Shown one piece after another: positions 9,272 to 18,592 of a stretch of 64,000 bases of DNA. Origin of the DNA: Dehalococcoidia bacterium (lineage in GTDB: Bacteria; Chloroflexota; Dehalococcoidia; Lucifugimonadales; UBA3495); assembly GCA_965204865.1 (NCBI GenBank), contig OZ242027.1, positions 3,011,986-3,075,985 on the forward strand, given 5' to 3'. Made by a program: the position numbers and the translations under genes. The notes beneath the pieces were generated by a model. That model did not search any database. It saw only the letters and a list, made by a program, of their open reading frames with translations, and was not told the origin of the DNA. Each line of letters starts with the position of its first letter. Within the stretch, counting starts at the first letter, position 1.

Positions 9272-9805
9272 TCAATCAGCGGGTTCGGACGGGTTCTCCA
9301 GGTCCAACATCGCCAGCAATCGCCCGTACCCGATGAACATTCCGGTAATCATCCCCAGCTCGAAAATCTCGGGATCGGTGAACTCCCGCCGCAGTTCCGC
9401 GAAGAACTCGTCGTCCACGTTCTGGTGATCGACGGACATACGCTCGGCGAAGCGGACGGCCAGCTTCTCCCTGTAGGGCAAATCGGTGTCCTCGAAGTGT
9501 ACGAGTGACGCCACCATTTCCTCGGTCATTCCCTGCTGCACCGCCGGCACAGCGCGACCCAGCTTTCAAGTGGCGCACTCGTTCAGCTCGGCAATCTTCA
9601 GCCGCACCAACTCCTTCAGCCGCGCGTCCAGCAGACCCTCCAGCTTCAGCGGCCCATAGAAGGCCCAGAACGCCTCATAGGCATCCGGCAGGTTGCCCGC
9701 CGCCTGGAATATCCGCGGGTTCAGCTTGTGCTCGGCTGCCGCCTTGGCGATTTTCTGCATTCCGGGCGTTAGCTGCTCGGTTGGCACCAGCTTAATCCGG
9801 GCCAT
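9272..9805 (-). CDS. AhpD/carboxymuconolactone-decarboxylase-like protein with an in-frame TGA (putative selenocysteine)
   Basis: Listed ORFs 9566..9835 and 9272..9550 share one frame, interrupted only by TGA 9566-9568. The read-through gives ...KIAELNECAT-[TGA]-KLGRAVPAVQQGMTEEM..., so the TGA replaces the second Cys of the CxxC motif. Confidence 0.65.
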
Positions 9806-9822
9806 CTTTTTCCCCTTTTTAA

Positions 9823-9889
9823 CCACAGAGAGCACAGAGGACTCAGAGAGAATTTAAACAATACTCTGTGTTCTCCGTGCTCTCCGTGG
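9823..9889. repeat. Imperfect hairpin of module E (CACAGAGA/GCACAGAG type)
   Basis: CCACAGAGAGCACAGAGGACTCAGAGAG ... CTCTGTGTTCTCCGTGCTCTCCGTGG. Related copies at 32210-32228, 32457-32484 and 45001-45025. Confidence 0.7.
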
Positions 9890-9899
9890 TGAATTAACC

Positions 9900-11324
9900 C
9901 TACACTACCGGGCGGTCGGCCACCGCCGGGTCCACCTTGCGGCGCTGGAACCTCCCATCGCCGAGGGTGCCGTGGAAATTGCCGTCCTCCACAACCACCT
10001 TGCCCCGCAGGATGGTCATTACCGGCCAGCCCTCGACCTCGGTGCCTTCCCAGATGCTGTAGTCGGAGATGTGGAAGTCGTCCATGGTCAGCGTCTTCTT
10101 GATGCCGGGGTCTATCACGCAGATGTCGGCGTCACTGCCCGGGGCCAGCACGCCCTTCTGGGGCCACAGGCCCATAATCCTGGCGGCGTTGGCCGAGGTT
10201 ACGTCCACAAACCGTTGCAGGGTCATTCCCTGTTTCGACACGCCTTCGCTGTACGTAATGCCCATGCGAGCTTCGGCGCCGTTGTGGCCGCCGGTAGTAT
10301 CGGAGATGGTTCTGCCGGAAATTTTCGTCTCCCACGACGTGCAGTATTCGTCGGTCGCCATGGTCTGTAGGCCGCCGTTTATGATGCCGTCCCATAGCAT
10401 CTTCCGGTCGTCTTCCGACTTCAACGAGGGATAGGTATGGTACTTCATACCGTTCTCTTCCTTGTAGTTCTCTTCGTTGAAGCAGCAGTAGTTGTGCAGC
10501 GTCTCGCCGTAAATCGGGCGGCCATTGCGGCGGGCCTCCATGATGTTTCGAACGCCCTGCTGGGCGCTGACATGAACGAAGTAGATCGGAGAGCCGGTCC
10601 ACTCGGCCACCCGCAGCGTCCGCGTGAACGAGACATCCTCCGACTCCGCGCTGTGCACCTCCGACATATTGAACCACTCGGTGCGCTCTTCCCGCGTGAG
10701 CTTCTGATACATGTGCTGCACCATGTCGTCGTCCTCGGCGTGGACCAGCAGCATGGCGCTCAAGCGTTGAATCTCAGTCATCAGGTCGTGAAGATGGCCG
10801 GTGCCCACCATGCGGGGTTCGCCAGCGGTGGTGGGAGGGCGGATGTTGGTGGTGAATATCTTGACGCTGGCGAAGCCGTCCTCCACGAACTCGTGCAGGG
10901 AACCCAGGATGTTCTCGGGAATCTGCCCCAGCATCATCAGGTGGTGGGCGTAGTCGGAGTAAGAGTTCCCCTGCCATACCGCCGTGCGCTCTGCGATGGC
11001 CTGGGGAATGTCAATTCCAGGGTATTGGATGGCGAAGTCCATCAGGGTCGTAGTGCCGCCGAAGAGCGCGGCCCGGCTCACCTCCGGCGGGGGAGCGGTG
11101 GTAAGATTTCCGTGCCCCATGATGGGCGCGGAAATATGGGCATGGGGTTCGATGCCCCCTGGCACGACCACCTTGCCCGAAGCGTCAATAATCCGCCCCG
11201 CTTCGTCCCCCAGCGCCCCGGCCGCAGCCACCGCCACGATTCGTTCGCCCTGCACCGCCACATCCCAATCCCCTACCCCCATGGGGGTAACGACCTGCCC
11301 GCCGCGGATAATCAAGTCCAGCAT
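9900..11324 (-). CDS. Dihydropyrimidinase / D-hydantoinase-type cyclic amidohydrolase
   Basis: 474 aa. GGIEPHAH metal-binding motif and amidohydrolase architecture. Confidence 0.8.
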   Translation of the reverse strand: MLDLIIRGGQVVTPMGVGDWDVAVQGERIVAVAAAGALGDEAGRIIDASGKVVVPGGIEPHAHISAPIMGHGNLTTAPPPEVSRAALFGGTTTLMDFAIQYPGIDIPQAIAERTAVWQGNSYSDYAHHLMMLGQIPENILGSLHEFVEDGFASVKIFTTNIRPPTTAGEPRMVGTGHLHDLMTEIQRLSAMLLVHAEDDDMVQHMYQKLTREERTEWFNMSEVHSAESEDVSFTRTLRVAEWTGSPIYFVHVSAQQGVRNIMEARRNGRPIYGETLHNYCCFNEENYKEENGMKYHTYPSLKSEDDRKMLWDGIINGGLQTMATDEYCTSWETKISGRTISDTTGGHNGAEARMGITYSEGVSKQGMTLQRFVDVTSANAARIMGLWPQKGVLAPGSDADICVIDPGIKKTLTMDDFHISDYSIWEGTEVEGWPVMTILRGKVVVEDGNFHGTLGDGRFQRRKVDPAVADRPVV

Positions 11325-11444
11325 AAGAAAGCCCCCTGTCTCAGTTTTGGCTCAACCGCCGCTGATTTATGCGGCAGTTTAGCACACGACTGAGACCAGA
11401 GGGCTAGGCCACCCGATGCAAAGGCCCCAATAGGACCAGTGATG

Positions 11445-12851
11445 CTAATCCCCAGCCGCCGGCTGCGTCCTAGTGCCTTCCGTCTGTGCGGGTCGGGTTG
11501 CCTCCGCGGGCTGCGTCTGCGCCTCCGGCGGCAGTTCCTCCTCCCAGTCCGGCAGTTGGTGGTGGCGAGTGTTGGGCAGCGCGACGATGGACAGCACTCC
11601 AACCAGGCTCAGCACCAGCGACAGGCCCATAGTCGCGTCGAAGTTGCCGGTCCAGTCGCGGAGCCAGCCGCCGATCAGCGACCCCGCGGCCATGCCCACG
11701 CCCGCGCCCATCATCTGCCAGCCGTAGGTAGTGCCTATGGGCGCGCTGCCATAATACTGCCGGTTGATGATGGGGAAGGCGCTCATCTCGCCGCCGAACC
11801 CGATGCCGAACAGCACCGAGAACAGGTAGAAGTGCCAGGCGTCTGTGGAGAAGAACAGCAGCACGATGGGCAGGGTTTGCAGCGAGAAGCAGACGGCCAT
11901 CACACCCTTGCTGCCCACCCGGTCGGCCATAACCGGCACGGCGAACCGTGTCACCGTGCTGGTCACCGACAGGGTGACGAAGGCCCCCGCCGCCAGCCCC
12001 GGCGACACGCCCTCGGCCTCTGCGATGGCCACCAGGTAGACCAGCACGATGGCGTGTCCGGCGCAGCCCCAGAAGTGGATGCCGATGAGGTTCCAGAAGG
12101 CCAGGGTGCGCTGGGCCTGCTTGAAGAAGACCCGGGTGCGCAGCTTGGCTATCTCGCCCACCTGCATCTTGCGGACGGGCTCGTTTTCCGAAGCCCCCAG
12201 GGGACGCATACCAATCTGCGCCGGTTCGTCGTAGAAGAGCCGCACCAGCGCCAGGATCGCCACCCCGCCGATGATGCCGGGAACCCAGAAGGCAGCCCGC
12301 AGCCCCGGCAACCCGCCGCCGAACAGCGCGATGATCAGCAGCATTATCGGCACCGCCACCAGCGGGCCGACTCCCTGCGCCGACTGCAACAGGCCCATGC
12401 CGGTTCCCAGGTGCCGCTTGAACCACATGGTGACCGACGCCGTAAGAGGCACCTGGAAGATGCCCATGGAAGCGCTGAGGATGATCCCGAAGAAGAGATA
12501 GAACTGCCACAGATTGGTCATGAAGCCGGTCAGCACCATCCCGGCGATGAACAGGAAGGCGCCTATGGTCATGGTCACGCGGGCCCCGTAGCGGTCGCCC
12601 AGCCACCCGGCCGACGGCCCCAGCATTCCCGACACCACCCATTGCAGCGCAAACCCGAACCCCACCGCGCCATAGCTCCACCCGAAGGACTCCACCAACC
12701 GGGGAATCAGGATGCTGGACGACGAGCGGAAGGAGGAACTGAACAGCCGCATCACCGCCGCCACTCCCACGATTACCCAAGCATAATGCACCGGCCGCCC
12801 GGCGATAATCAGGTTGCTGAGGCGAAAGGAATACCGGGGAGCAGTTTCCAT
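11445..12851 (-). CDS. MFS transporter
   Basis: 468 aa, about 12 hydrophobic segments, GWLGDRYGAR loop motif. Confidence 0.8.
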   Translation of the reverse strand: METAPRYSFRLSNLIIAGRPVHYAWVIVGVAAVMRLFSSSFRSSSSILIPRLVESFGWSYGAVGFGFALQWVVSGMLGPSAGWLGDRYGARVTMTIGAFLFIAGMVLTGFMTNLWQFYLFFGIILSASMGIFQVPLTASVTMWFKRHLGTGMGLLQSAQGVGPLVAVPIMLLIIALFGGGLPGLRAAFWVPGIIGGVAILALVRLFYDEPAQIGMRPLGASENEPVRKMQVGEIAKLRTRVFFKQAQRTLAFWNLIGIHFWGCAGHAIVLVYLVAIAEAEGVSPGLAAGAFVTLSVTSTVTRFAVPVMADRVGSKGVMAVCFSLQTLPIVLLFFSTDAWHFYLFSVLFGIGFGGEMSAFPIINRQYYGSAPIGTTYGWQMMGAGVGMAAGSLIGGWLRDWTGNFDATMGLSLVLSLVGVLSIVALPNTRHHQLPDWEEELPPEAQTQPAEATRPAQTEGTRTQPAAGD

Positions 12852-12874
12852 ACGGTAAAGCCTTTATTCCCTAT

Positions 12875-12934
12875 CCCCTCTCCCTCGAGGGGGAGGGTTA
12901 GAGCCTGCCCCTGCGAAGGCAGGGAGTGGGGATG
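12875..12934. repeat. Composite repeat, module B plus module C (CCCCTGCGAAGGCAGGGG hairpin)
   Basis: CCCCTCTCCCTCGAGGGGGAGGGTTAGAGCCTGCCCCTGCGAAGGCAGGGAGTGGGG. Confidence 0.8.
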
Positions 12935-13087
12935 AACGCAAAAGGGCATTATAGCCTAAACTCCCATTTTGCTATCAGCCTTGCAAGATTCTGCGCCAGC
13001 AAACCGGGGCTGACAACCCTCGGCGCTTTATCCTGGATTGGCCGCTCAGGGCCAACGCATTCTAATTGAAACCAGCATTGCGCCCTC

Positions 13088-13144
13088 CCGTCATTCCCGC
13101 GAAGCCTGCCCCCGCGGAGGCGGGGGGCGGGAATCCAAACCCCC
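13088..13144. repeat. Module A repeat (reverse orientation) with a module C-like hairpin nested in its loop
   Basis: CCGTCATTCCCGCGAAG-CCTGCCCCCGCGGAGGCGGGGGG-CGGGAATCCAAACCCC. Confidence 0.75.
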
Positions 13145-13490
13145 GTGTTGCCCCGCGCCTGGCATTCCAGGAAGAGCCATCAACCTCCCCAGCCTTCTCT
13201 CACCTCTTTTCTCAATTGATGACCATTGCCCCTTGCGCAGTCCGGTGACGCCTCTCTAGCCTTATTTGCGTGAGAACCACAATACCCGCCGGAATGGAGC
13301 CTTCCTTTGACCCTCCGAAATACCCGACAAACCCCCCCGATTCACCAGGGGATACGGTTGCAAAGCCATGTCCATCCCCTTCATTCCCCCGCTGATGCCC
13401 AACCCGTCCAAAGCTGCAATGACCGAAAATGACTGGAAATGACCGGAAAGTAAAAATTTCAACCCCAAGAACATCAGAGGAGGAATAAAG

Positions 13491-13853
13491 ATGTACTCCA
13501 TCAGCTACCTCCGGCGCCAGGTCGACGCCCTCCAGCGCAAACTCAAACCCGTCCTCGCCATCCTCAAACTCCGCAACCTCGCCATGCAATTCTGCGACGA
13601 GTTCGACGAAGCCGTCCTCAGCGAAAACCCCCGCCAGCGCGACCTCACCGGCATCTGCATGATGTTCCCGCCCCGGGTGGGACAGGCCGGCTTCCGCCTG
13701 GACAAAGGCCAAGAGCTGGTGCGCTACTTCCTGGGCTGCATCCAGAACAGGACCGGCCCCGAACCCCGCGAGGTCGTGTTCACCCTCATCCCCTGGGCCA
13801 GGAAAGGCCCCCTCCTCCGCGCCGACCTCTGGGAGCGCCCCAACGCCGCCTGA
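13491..13853 (+). CDS. Hypothetical 120-aa protein, copy 1 of a duplicated gene
   Basis: SD AGGAGG. Differs from the ORF at 40223..40585 (-) by 4 aa. Confidence 0.7.
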   Translation: MYSISYLRRQVDALQRKLKPVLAILKLRNLAMQFCDEFDEAVLSENPRQRDLTGICMMFPPRVGQAGFRLDKGQELVRYFLGCIQNRTGPEPREVVFTLIPWARKGPLLRADLWERPNAA

Positions 13854-13938
13854 CCGCCGCGATTGACAGTCGCCCCGCCCCAACTCTAAAATCGCCTCCA
13901 ACTGGACTAGTAAATTGCCAGCCCGAAGGAGGCCCAAA

Positions 13939-15126
13939 ATGCCCAGCTACCCGAAGGTAATCTACAAAGAAGAGGGTATGCGCGAGGGGATGCAAATCGA
14001 GGACGCCAACATCTCCGTTGACGACAAGATAGAGCTCCTCGACCAGCTTTCCGACACCGGCCTGAAGAACATCGTAGTCGGGTCTTTCGTCAGCCCCAAG
14101 TGGACCCCCCAGATGGAGCGCATAGACGAAATTCTCACCCGCTTCACCCCCAAGCCCGGCGTCACCTATACCGCCCTGGCCCTGAACTCCCGTGGCGTCG
14201 AGCGCGCCCGGCAGTACTCGCCGCCCCTGACCATCGAGCGCGACCCCTACCCCCGGCTCAGTTGCCACATGTGCGACGTCTTCACCCGCCGCAACACCAA
14301 CCGCTCCCAGATGCAGGAAATGGAAACCTGGCCGCAGAGAGTAGCCCAGGCCCAGGAACTCAACGTCAAGGAGGCCGGCATCGGCTGCAACGCCAGTTGG
14401 GGCTCCAACTTCCTCGGCGAGTTCCCGGTGGACAGCCTGATGACCCTGCTGGAGAAGGAACACGCCATGTGGGACGAGGTGGGCATCAACGTCCGCAGCG
14501 TCTCCATGGGCGACCCCATGAGCCACTGCACCCCGGCCAAGGTCGAGGAGAGCCTCTACCGGGTCAAGGAGCGCTGGCCCGACATTGACCACTTCCGCCT
14601 GCACCTGCACAACGGGCGCAACATGGCCATCGCCTCCGCCTACGCCGCCATGCGCACCCTCGGCCCCGACGACACCCTGGAGCTTGACGGCACCATCGGC
14701 GGCTTCGGCGGCTGCCCCTACTGCGGCAACGGGCGCGCCACCGGCATGGCCCCCACCGAAGACCTGCTCCACATGATGGAGGACATGGGCATCGAGACCG
14801 GCGTAGACATAGACAAGCTCATAGACTCCGTCTGGACCGCCGAGCGCATCATCGGCCGCGAGCTTTACGGCCACGTCTCCAAGGCCGGCCCCCGGCCCAA
14901 GACCGTGGACCAGCTCTACGACATGAACGCTCCCTTCATCGAGACCCTGGAAGAGGCCAGGCACTTCAAGAAGGGCCCCGAAGTCTACGAGGGCGGCATC
15001 TACCCCTACCGCGAGCCTATCACCAGCCCCTACCGCGAGCGCGTGGAAGCGGGCCTCCCGGCCTTCGACTCCGCCGAGGGCGACTTCCCTTGGAAGCAGG
15101 ACTGGTTCCCCTCCAAAGACGAGTAA
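13939..15126 (+). CDS. HMGL-like (pyruvate carboxyltransferase domain) lyase/aldolase
   Basis: ATG 13939 follows GAAGGAGG. EGMREGMQIED and VGSFVSPKW patterns of the DRE-TIM HMG-CoA-lyase-like family. Confidence 0.7.
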   Translation: MPSYPKVIYKEEGMREGMQIEDANISVDDKIELLDQLSDTGLKNIVVGSFVSPKWTPQMERIDEILTRFTPKPGVTYTALALNSRGVERARQYSPPLTIERDPYPRLSCHMCDVFTRRNTNRSQMQEMETWPQRVAQAQELNVKEAGIGCNASWGSNFLGEFPVDSLMTLLEKEHAMWDEVGINVRSVSMGDPMSHCTPAKVEESLYRVKERWPDIDHFRLHLHNGRNMAIASAYAAMRTLGPDDTLELDGTIGGFGGCPYCGNGRATGMAPTEDLLHMMEDMGIETGVDIDKLIDSVWTAERIIGRELYGHVSKAGPRPKTVDQLYDMNAPFIETLEEARHFKKGPEVYEGGIYPYREPITSPYRERVEAGLPAFDSAEGDFPWKQDWFPSKDE

Positions 15127-15153
15127 TTTCAGAGGAGCCTTCGGAGAATACGG

Positions 15154-15185
15154 CAACGCCGCCCGCGCCTGGACGGGCGGCGTTG
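15154..15185 (+). terminator. Stem-loop after the HMGL-like gene
   Basis: Perfect 12-bp stem CAACGCCGCCCG / CGGGCGGCGTTG with an 8-nt loop. Confidence 0.6.
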
Positions 15186-15249
15186 CGTGTCGTCTATACC
15201 GGAGTACAATAGACCCATTGCTGAAACCTGAGACTGAGGAACCAAGGGG

Positions 15250-15891
15250 ATGTACAGCATTTACTACAATCGCACCACCCCCTTTCTCGCTTTCTTGGAA
15301 GGCATGGTGCGCGTCTTCGACTGGGGCACCCTTCTGGAGATTAGGAAGAGATGGCGCAAGGGTCAGTCGGAACCCGAATCAGATTCCCCGCAAGATAAGG
15401 AATGGAGCAACCGAATCGTTGACTGGTACATCCGCGACGCCATAGCCGCTTTTGAGAGAGCGGAATCTGTCAGGCTGGCCGAAGACCCGATGTTGTACCG
15501 CCGTTCCTTTGCCGTCGCCGATGTTCTTCTAGGCCCGCTGTCCACGCAGGAAGTCATTCTGCGGTACGAGGAAATGGTCGCGGGCGCCTGCGACAGGATT
15601 ATGAGCAGGGCCTCCGATAGGCTCGACCACGACGGCAAAGTCGAGCTTGAGTTGTTGAAGCAACGGGCCAGGCAGGGCTATTGGGGCATGGCTGTCGGGT
15701 TTATCTTGTCGCTGCTGCTGGCCGCCAGCGCCATGTACCTGCTTTTTTCCGGCAATGACTCGGCCGGATTCTCCATTGTTGGAGTCAATATAGCGATAGC
15801 GGTGTCCGTTTCGGTATACATCTCCAAGGCACAGGTGCGAAGGAAGTTGTACACCCGGGATTTCTTCTTGAGGAAGAGGCGCAAACTCTAA
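15250..15891 (+). CDS. Hypothetical membrane protein (two C-terminal TM helices, DUF2335-like layout)
   Basis: SD GAGGA. Soluble N-terminal domain, then GMAVGFILSLLLAASAMYLLF and FSIVGVNIAIAVSVSVYI. Lower GC than its neighbours by eye. Confidence 0.55.
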   Translation: MYSIYYNRTTPFLAFLEGMVRVFDWGTLLEIRKRWRKGQSEPESDSPQDKEWSNRIVDWYIRDAIAAFERAESVRLAEDPMLYRRSFAVADVLLGPLSTQEVILRYEEMVAGACDRIMSRASDRLDHDGKVELELLKQRARQGYWGMAVGFILSLLLAASAMYLLFSGNDSAGFSIVGVNIAIAVSVSVYISKAQVRRKLYTRDFFLRKRRKL

Positions 15892-15917
15892 CCGAACCGC
15901 GAAAATACAGGAGGCCA

Positions 15918-16496
15918 ATGATGACCTCGGCTAATCCCGTTGACCCCAACAGCATCCGGCTCACCGGCGAAAACTCCTTCATCCGTTTGGTGGAGGACGG
16001 AGAACAGACCACCCGCACCAGCCATTGGCGCGTCCTGTACTCACCCGGTGGCGCAGGACACGTGCTGTTCATCAAGAGCGACCTGGTGGATGGAGTCCGC
16101 ATCTATGCCGACAACATCGCCCTAGCCCGCTGGCTGCAAGAAGAAATCGAGAGTCTCCTGTTCCCGGAGTTCGCCGACCAGTCCATACAGGTCATTGACG
16201 CCGAGTTCAGCAGGAAGGGCGACACCTATACCTTCTGGACGGAGACCATCGAGACCGACGACGACCAGATTACCCTGACCTGGCACGACTTCCTGGAACC
16301 GTTCATGCTCACCGTCCCAGCCGGCAGCGCCCCGGGCCGTCCCCACGGCGTATACAGTTGCTTCATCCCGTCCCGCTCCGGCCGGGTAACCATCAACGGC
16401 GACGACGCCGACGGCCAAGTCGCCCTCGAAATGCGCGGCGAAAAGCAGAGCAGCACCGCCTGCCTGGCCTGGTCCGAGACCTGGGTGCGCCCGTAA
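15918..16496 (+). CDS. Hypothetical protein (192 aa)
   Basis: SD CAGGAGG, non-repetitive sequence. I recognise no family. Confidence 0.5.
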   Translation: MMTSANPVDPNSIRLTGENSFIRLVEDGEQTTRTSHWRVLYSPGGAGHVLFIKSDLVDGVRIYADNIALARWLQEEIESLLFPEFADQSIQVIDAEFSRKGDTYTFWTETIETDDDQITLTWHDFLEPFMLTVPAGSAPGRPHGVYSCFIPSRSGRVTINGDDADGQVALEMRGEKQSSTACLAWSETWVRP

Positions 16497-16626
16497 GGTG
16501 GCTGCGGGTAAACTCAGGCACACCGAAAAGGAATGGCGAAATTATGGATGCCCCGACGATAGCCGCCCTTACCTTGGTGGCGGGTGCTTGGCTTGGCGCC
16601 CAATCTTTTCAGGAGAATGGGACCGC

Positions 16627-17304
16627 CTAGTCCATCACCCCCAATACCACCGTGGCTGCTCCGTGGAGGCCGCCATGATGTTCCGGTTCTTCGTGGGAAT
16701 GAAGGCGGTCTTGGTGGTGGCTGTGCCCTTCCTGCTCCTCGGGGTGTGGCATATCCTCTGCGTGAGCGCCAATCTCTCGCACAACCTCCGCCCGCTCTAT
16801 CCTCAGACTAGGGAGTTCGGCGGCTACCTCATCCGGGGTGGTCAGTGACTCCAGGTCTTCGCGGCTCCACCCGGCGGGGGGCGACGACTGGTCATGGCTT
16901 ACGAAGAGGAGTCTGCCGCCCGGAGCCAGGGCTTCGACAGCGGCGGAGAGCATCTGCGCCCGTTGCTCAGGCCAGAGCTGTATGTAGAAAGAAGTAATCA
17001 GATCATAGGGACCATTTGGCCGGTACACAGTTACGTCTGAGACTGTGAACTCCACCTCAACCCGATGGTCAGCGGCCCGCAGCTTCGCTTTCTCAATGGC
17101 AACGGCAGAGAAGTCAACTGTAGTCACCTGCCAACCACGCTCAGCCAACCATACGGCGTTTCCGCCCGATCCGCACCCCAGCTCGAGGGCGCGTCCCGGC
17201 TTCAACTCCCTAGTGTGTTCTTCCAGCAGCGTGTCATGGTCGGCGAAAGTATGCTCCATGGTGGCCCAGACGTCGTCCCAGAATTCTACGGTATCCGTCC
17301 TCAT
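16627..17304 (-). CDS. Class I SAM-dependent methyltransferase with a His-rich C-terminal segment
   Basis: ATG 17304 follows AGGAGA. ALELGCGSGGNAVWLA is SAM-binding motif I. The tail reads HPEEQEGHSHHQDRLHSHEEPEHHGGLHG. Confidence 0.75.
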   Translation of the reverse strand: MRTDTVEFWDDVWATMEHTFADHDTLLEEHTRELKPGRALELGCGSGGNAVWLAERGWQVTTVDFSAVAIEKAKLRAADHRVEVEFTVSDVTVYRPNGPYDLITSFYIQLWPEQRAQMLSAAVEALAPGGRLLFVSHDQSSPPAGWSREDLESLTTPDEVAAELPSLRIERAEVVREIGAHAEDMPHPEEQEGHSHHQDRLHSHEEPEHHGGLHGAATVVLGVMD

Positions 17305-17368
17305 TGACCTTCTCCTGAACGGCGGCGATTCAGTGACGACCGTAAAACCCTGGCCAGTGGTTGATGAG

Positions 17369-18538
17369 CTACCACCCCGGCGCGCCCGGCGGCAGGCCCA
17401 GCGCAACCCGCCCGCCCTGCTCGAAGTTGGCGGGCAGTCCCGCGGCGTGCATCATCGCTGCGTTGACGTCGCGGAAGTAGCGTTCCAGCAGATTGCCGCG
17501 GCGGACTGCATTGGTGCCGGAGGCATGGTAAAGCATATCTATGGCCCTGGCTGCCTCGTGGACGCCGTGAGTGGTGGCAAGCCTGCTTTGCAGTATCTCG
17601 CTCGTAAGGTCCGCCTTGCCCGATTGCGCCGCGTTCCACAACTCGCCCGCCGCGTCCAGCACGTAGACCCTGGCACCACTGATGATGCCCTCGGCCCGGC
17701 CTACCGCCAGTTGTACCGGCCCCCGATCGCGGAGCAGCGCCGGGTTCATCGTGGTAGCCTTTGCCCCGGCCAGCTCCAGGAAGGCATCCATAGCACCCCG
17801 GGCCATCCCCAGGGCGTTGGCCGCCAAGAGCGTAAAGGCGGTGGCCAGAGCAGCGCGGGCGTTGAACAGCGGGGCGGCGTTCATGGACTCCGACGCCAGC
17901 GCGAAGGTGCGTTCCGCCGGAACGAACAGGCCGGTCACTGAAACGTCGTTGCTGCCAGTGCCGCGCAGCCCGATGACCGACCAGTTGTCGTGGATGGTGG
18001 CCGCCCCGGCCGGGAGCGACATCATCCGCAGTTCGGGCAGGCCGTCGCTGTTGTAACGCGGCCCGTTCTCGTCGGTCACCACGCAGTTGAAGAACAGCCA
18101 GTTGGCGTGCAGGCACCCGCTGGCGAAGTCCCAGCGGCCATTGATTTCATAACCGCCATCGGATATTCGGGCCGTTCCCTCCGGTCGGAAGGAACCCGCT
18201 CCCCGGAGCGAGGGAGGACTTCCGACTATTTTCTGGGCTGTCGCGGCGTCCATCCAGCCCATGTACAAGGAGATGGAGCCAGCGATTAGGCAGCACCAAC
18301 CCACCGAGCCGTCGGCGATGGACAGTTGCTCCACGGCCCGGAAGGCGGTCAGCGGGTCGGTTTCCGGGCCGCCCAAGGACTTTGGCGTATACATATGGAA
18401 CAGCCCGGCCCGGTCCATCTGTTCGATGATGTCCGGGGGCAGCCGCCGGGATTCCTCGATTTCATCCCGCGCCGCAACTATTTGTGGCCGCAGCGCCTTT
18501 GCTGCGGCCACCATGTCCTGTTTGGATGCGGTCGTCAT
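17369..18538 (-). CDS. Acyl-CoA-dehydrogenase-fold flavoenzyme (ACAD type 2 / monooxygenase-like)
   Basis: 389 aa with ACAD N-terminal, middle and C-terminal domain layout. Confidence 0.7.
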   Translation of the reverse strand: MTTASKQDMVAAAKALRPQIVAARDEIEESRRLPPDIIEQMDRAGLFHMYTPKSLGGPETDPLTAFRAVEQLSIADGSVGWCCLIAGSISLYMGWMDAATAQKIVGSPPSLRGAGSFRPEGTARISDGGYEINGRWDFASGCLHANWLFFNCVVTDENGPRYNSDGLPELRMMSLPAGAATIHDNWSVIGLRGTGSNDVSVTGLFVPAERTFALASESMNAAPLFNARAALATAFTLLAANALGMARGAMDAFLELAGAKATTMNPALLRDRGPVQLAVGRAEGIISGARVYVLDAAGELWNAAQSGKADLTSEILQSRLATTHGVHEAARAIDMLYHASGTNAVRRGNLLERYFRDVNAAMMHAAGLPANFEQGGRVALGLPPGAPGW

Positions 18539-18544
18539 TTGTAC

Positions 18545-18584
18545 GCCCTCACCCTGACCCTCTCCCAGAGGGAGAGGGGATTTC
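18545..18584. repeat. Module B repeat (reverse orientation)
   Basis: GCCCTCACCCTGACCCTCTCCCAGAGGGAGAGGGGATTTC. Confidence 0.85.
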
Positions 18585-18592
18585 TTAATGGA

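Noticed and set aside
9566-9568. The three in-frame TGAs as simple pseudogene lesions, sequencing errors, or evidence for a UGA-sense genetic code.
   Set aside because: All three fall exactly on a CxxC cysteine position of redox families, with intact conserved sequence on both sides and a nearby hairpin. Many other genes here terminate at TGA, so global reassignment is unlikely. Pseudogenisation cannot be excluded without the sel genes, so these remain candidates.
16498-16848. ORF 16498..16848 (+) as a small membrane protein.
   Set aside because: It lies antisense to the 3' part of the methyltransferase gene. That gene's His-rich tail, followed by a conserved-looking C-terminal segment, is the better-supported reading.
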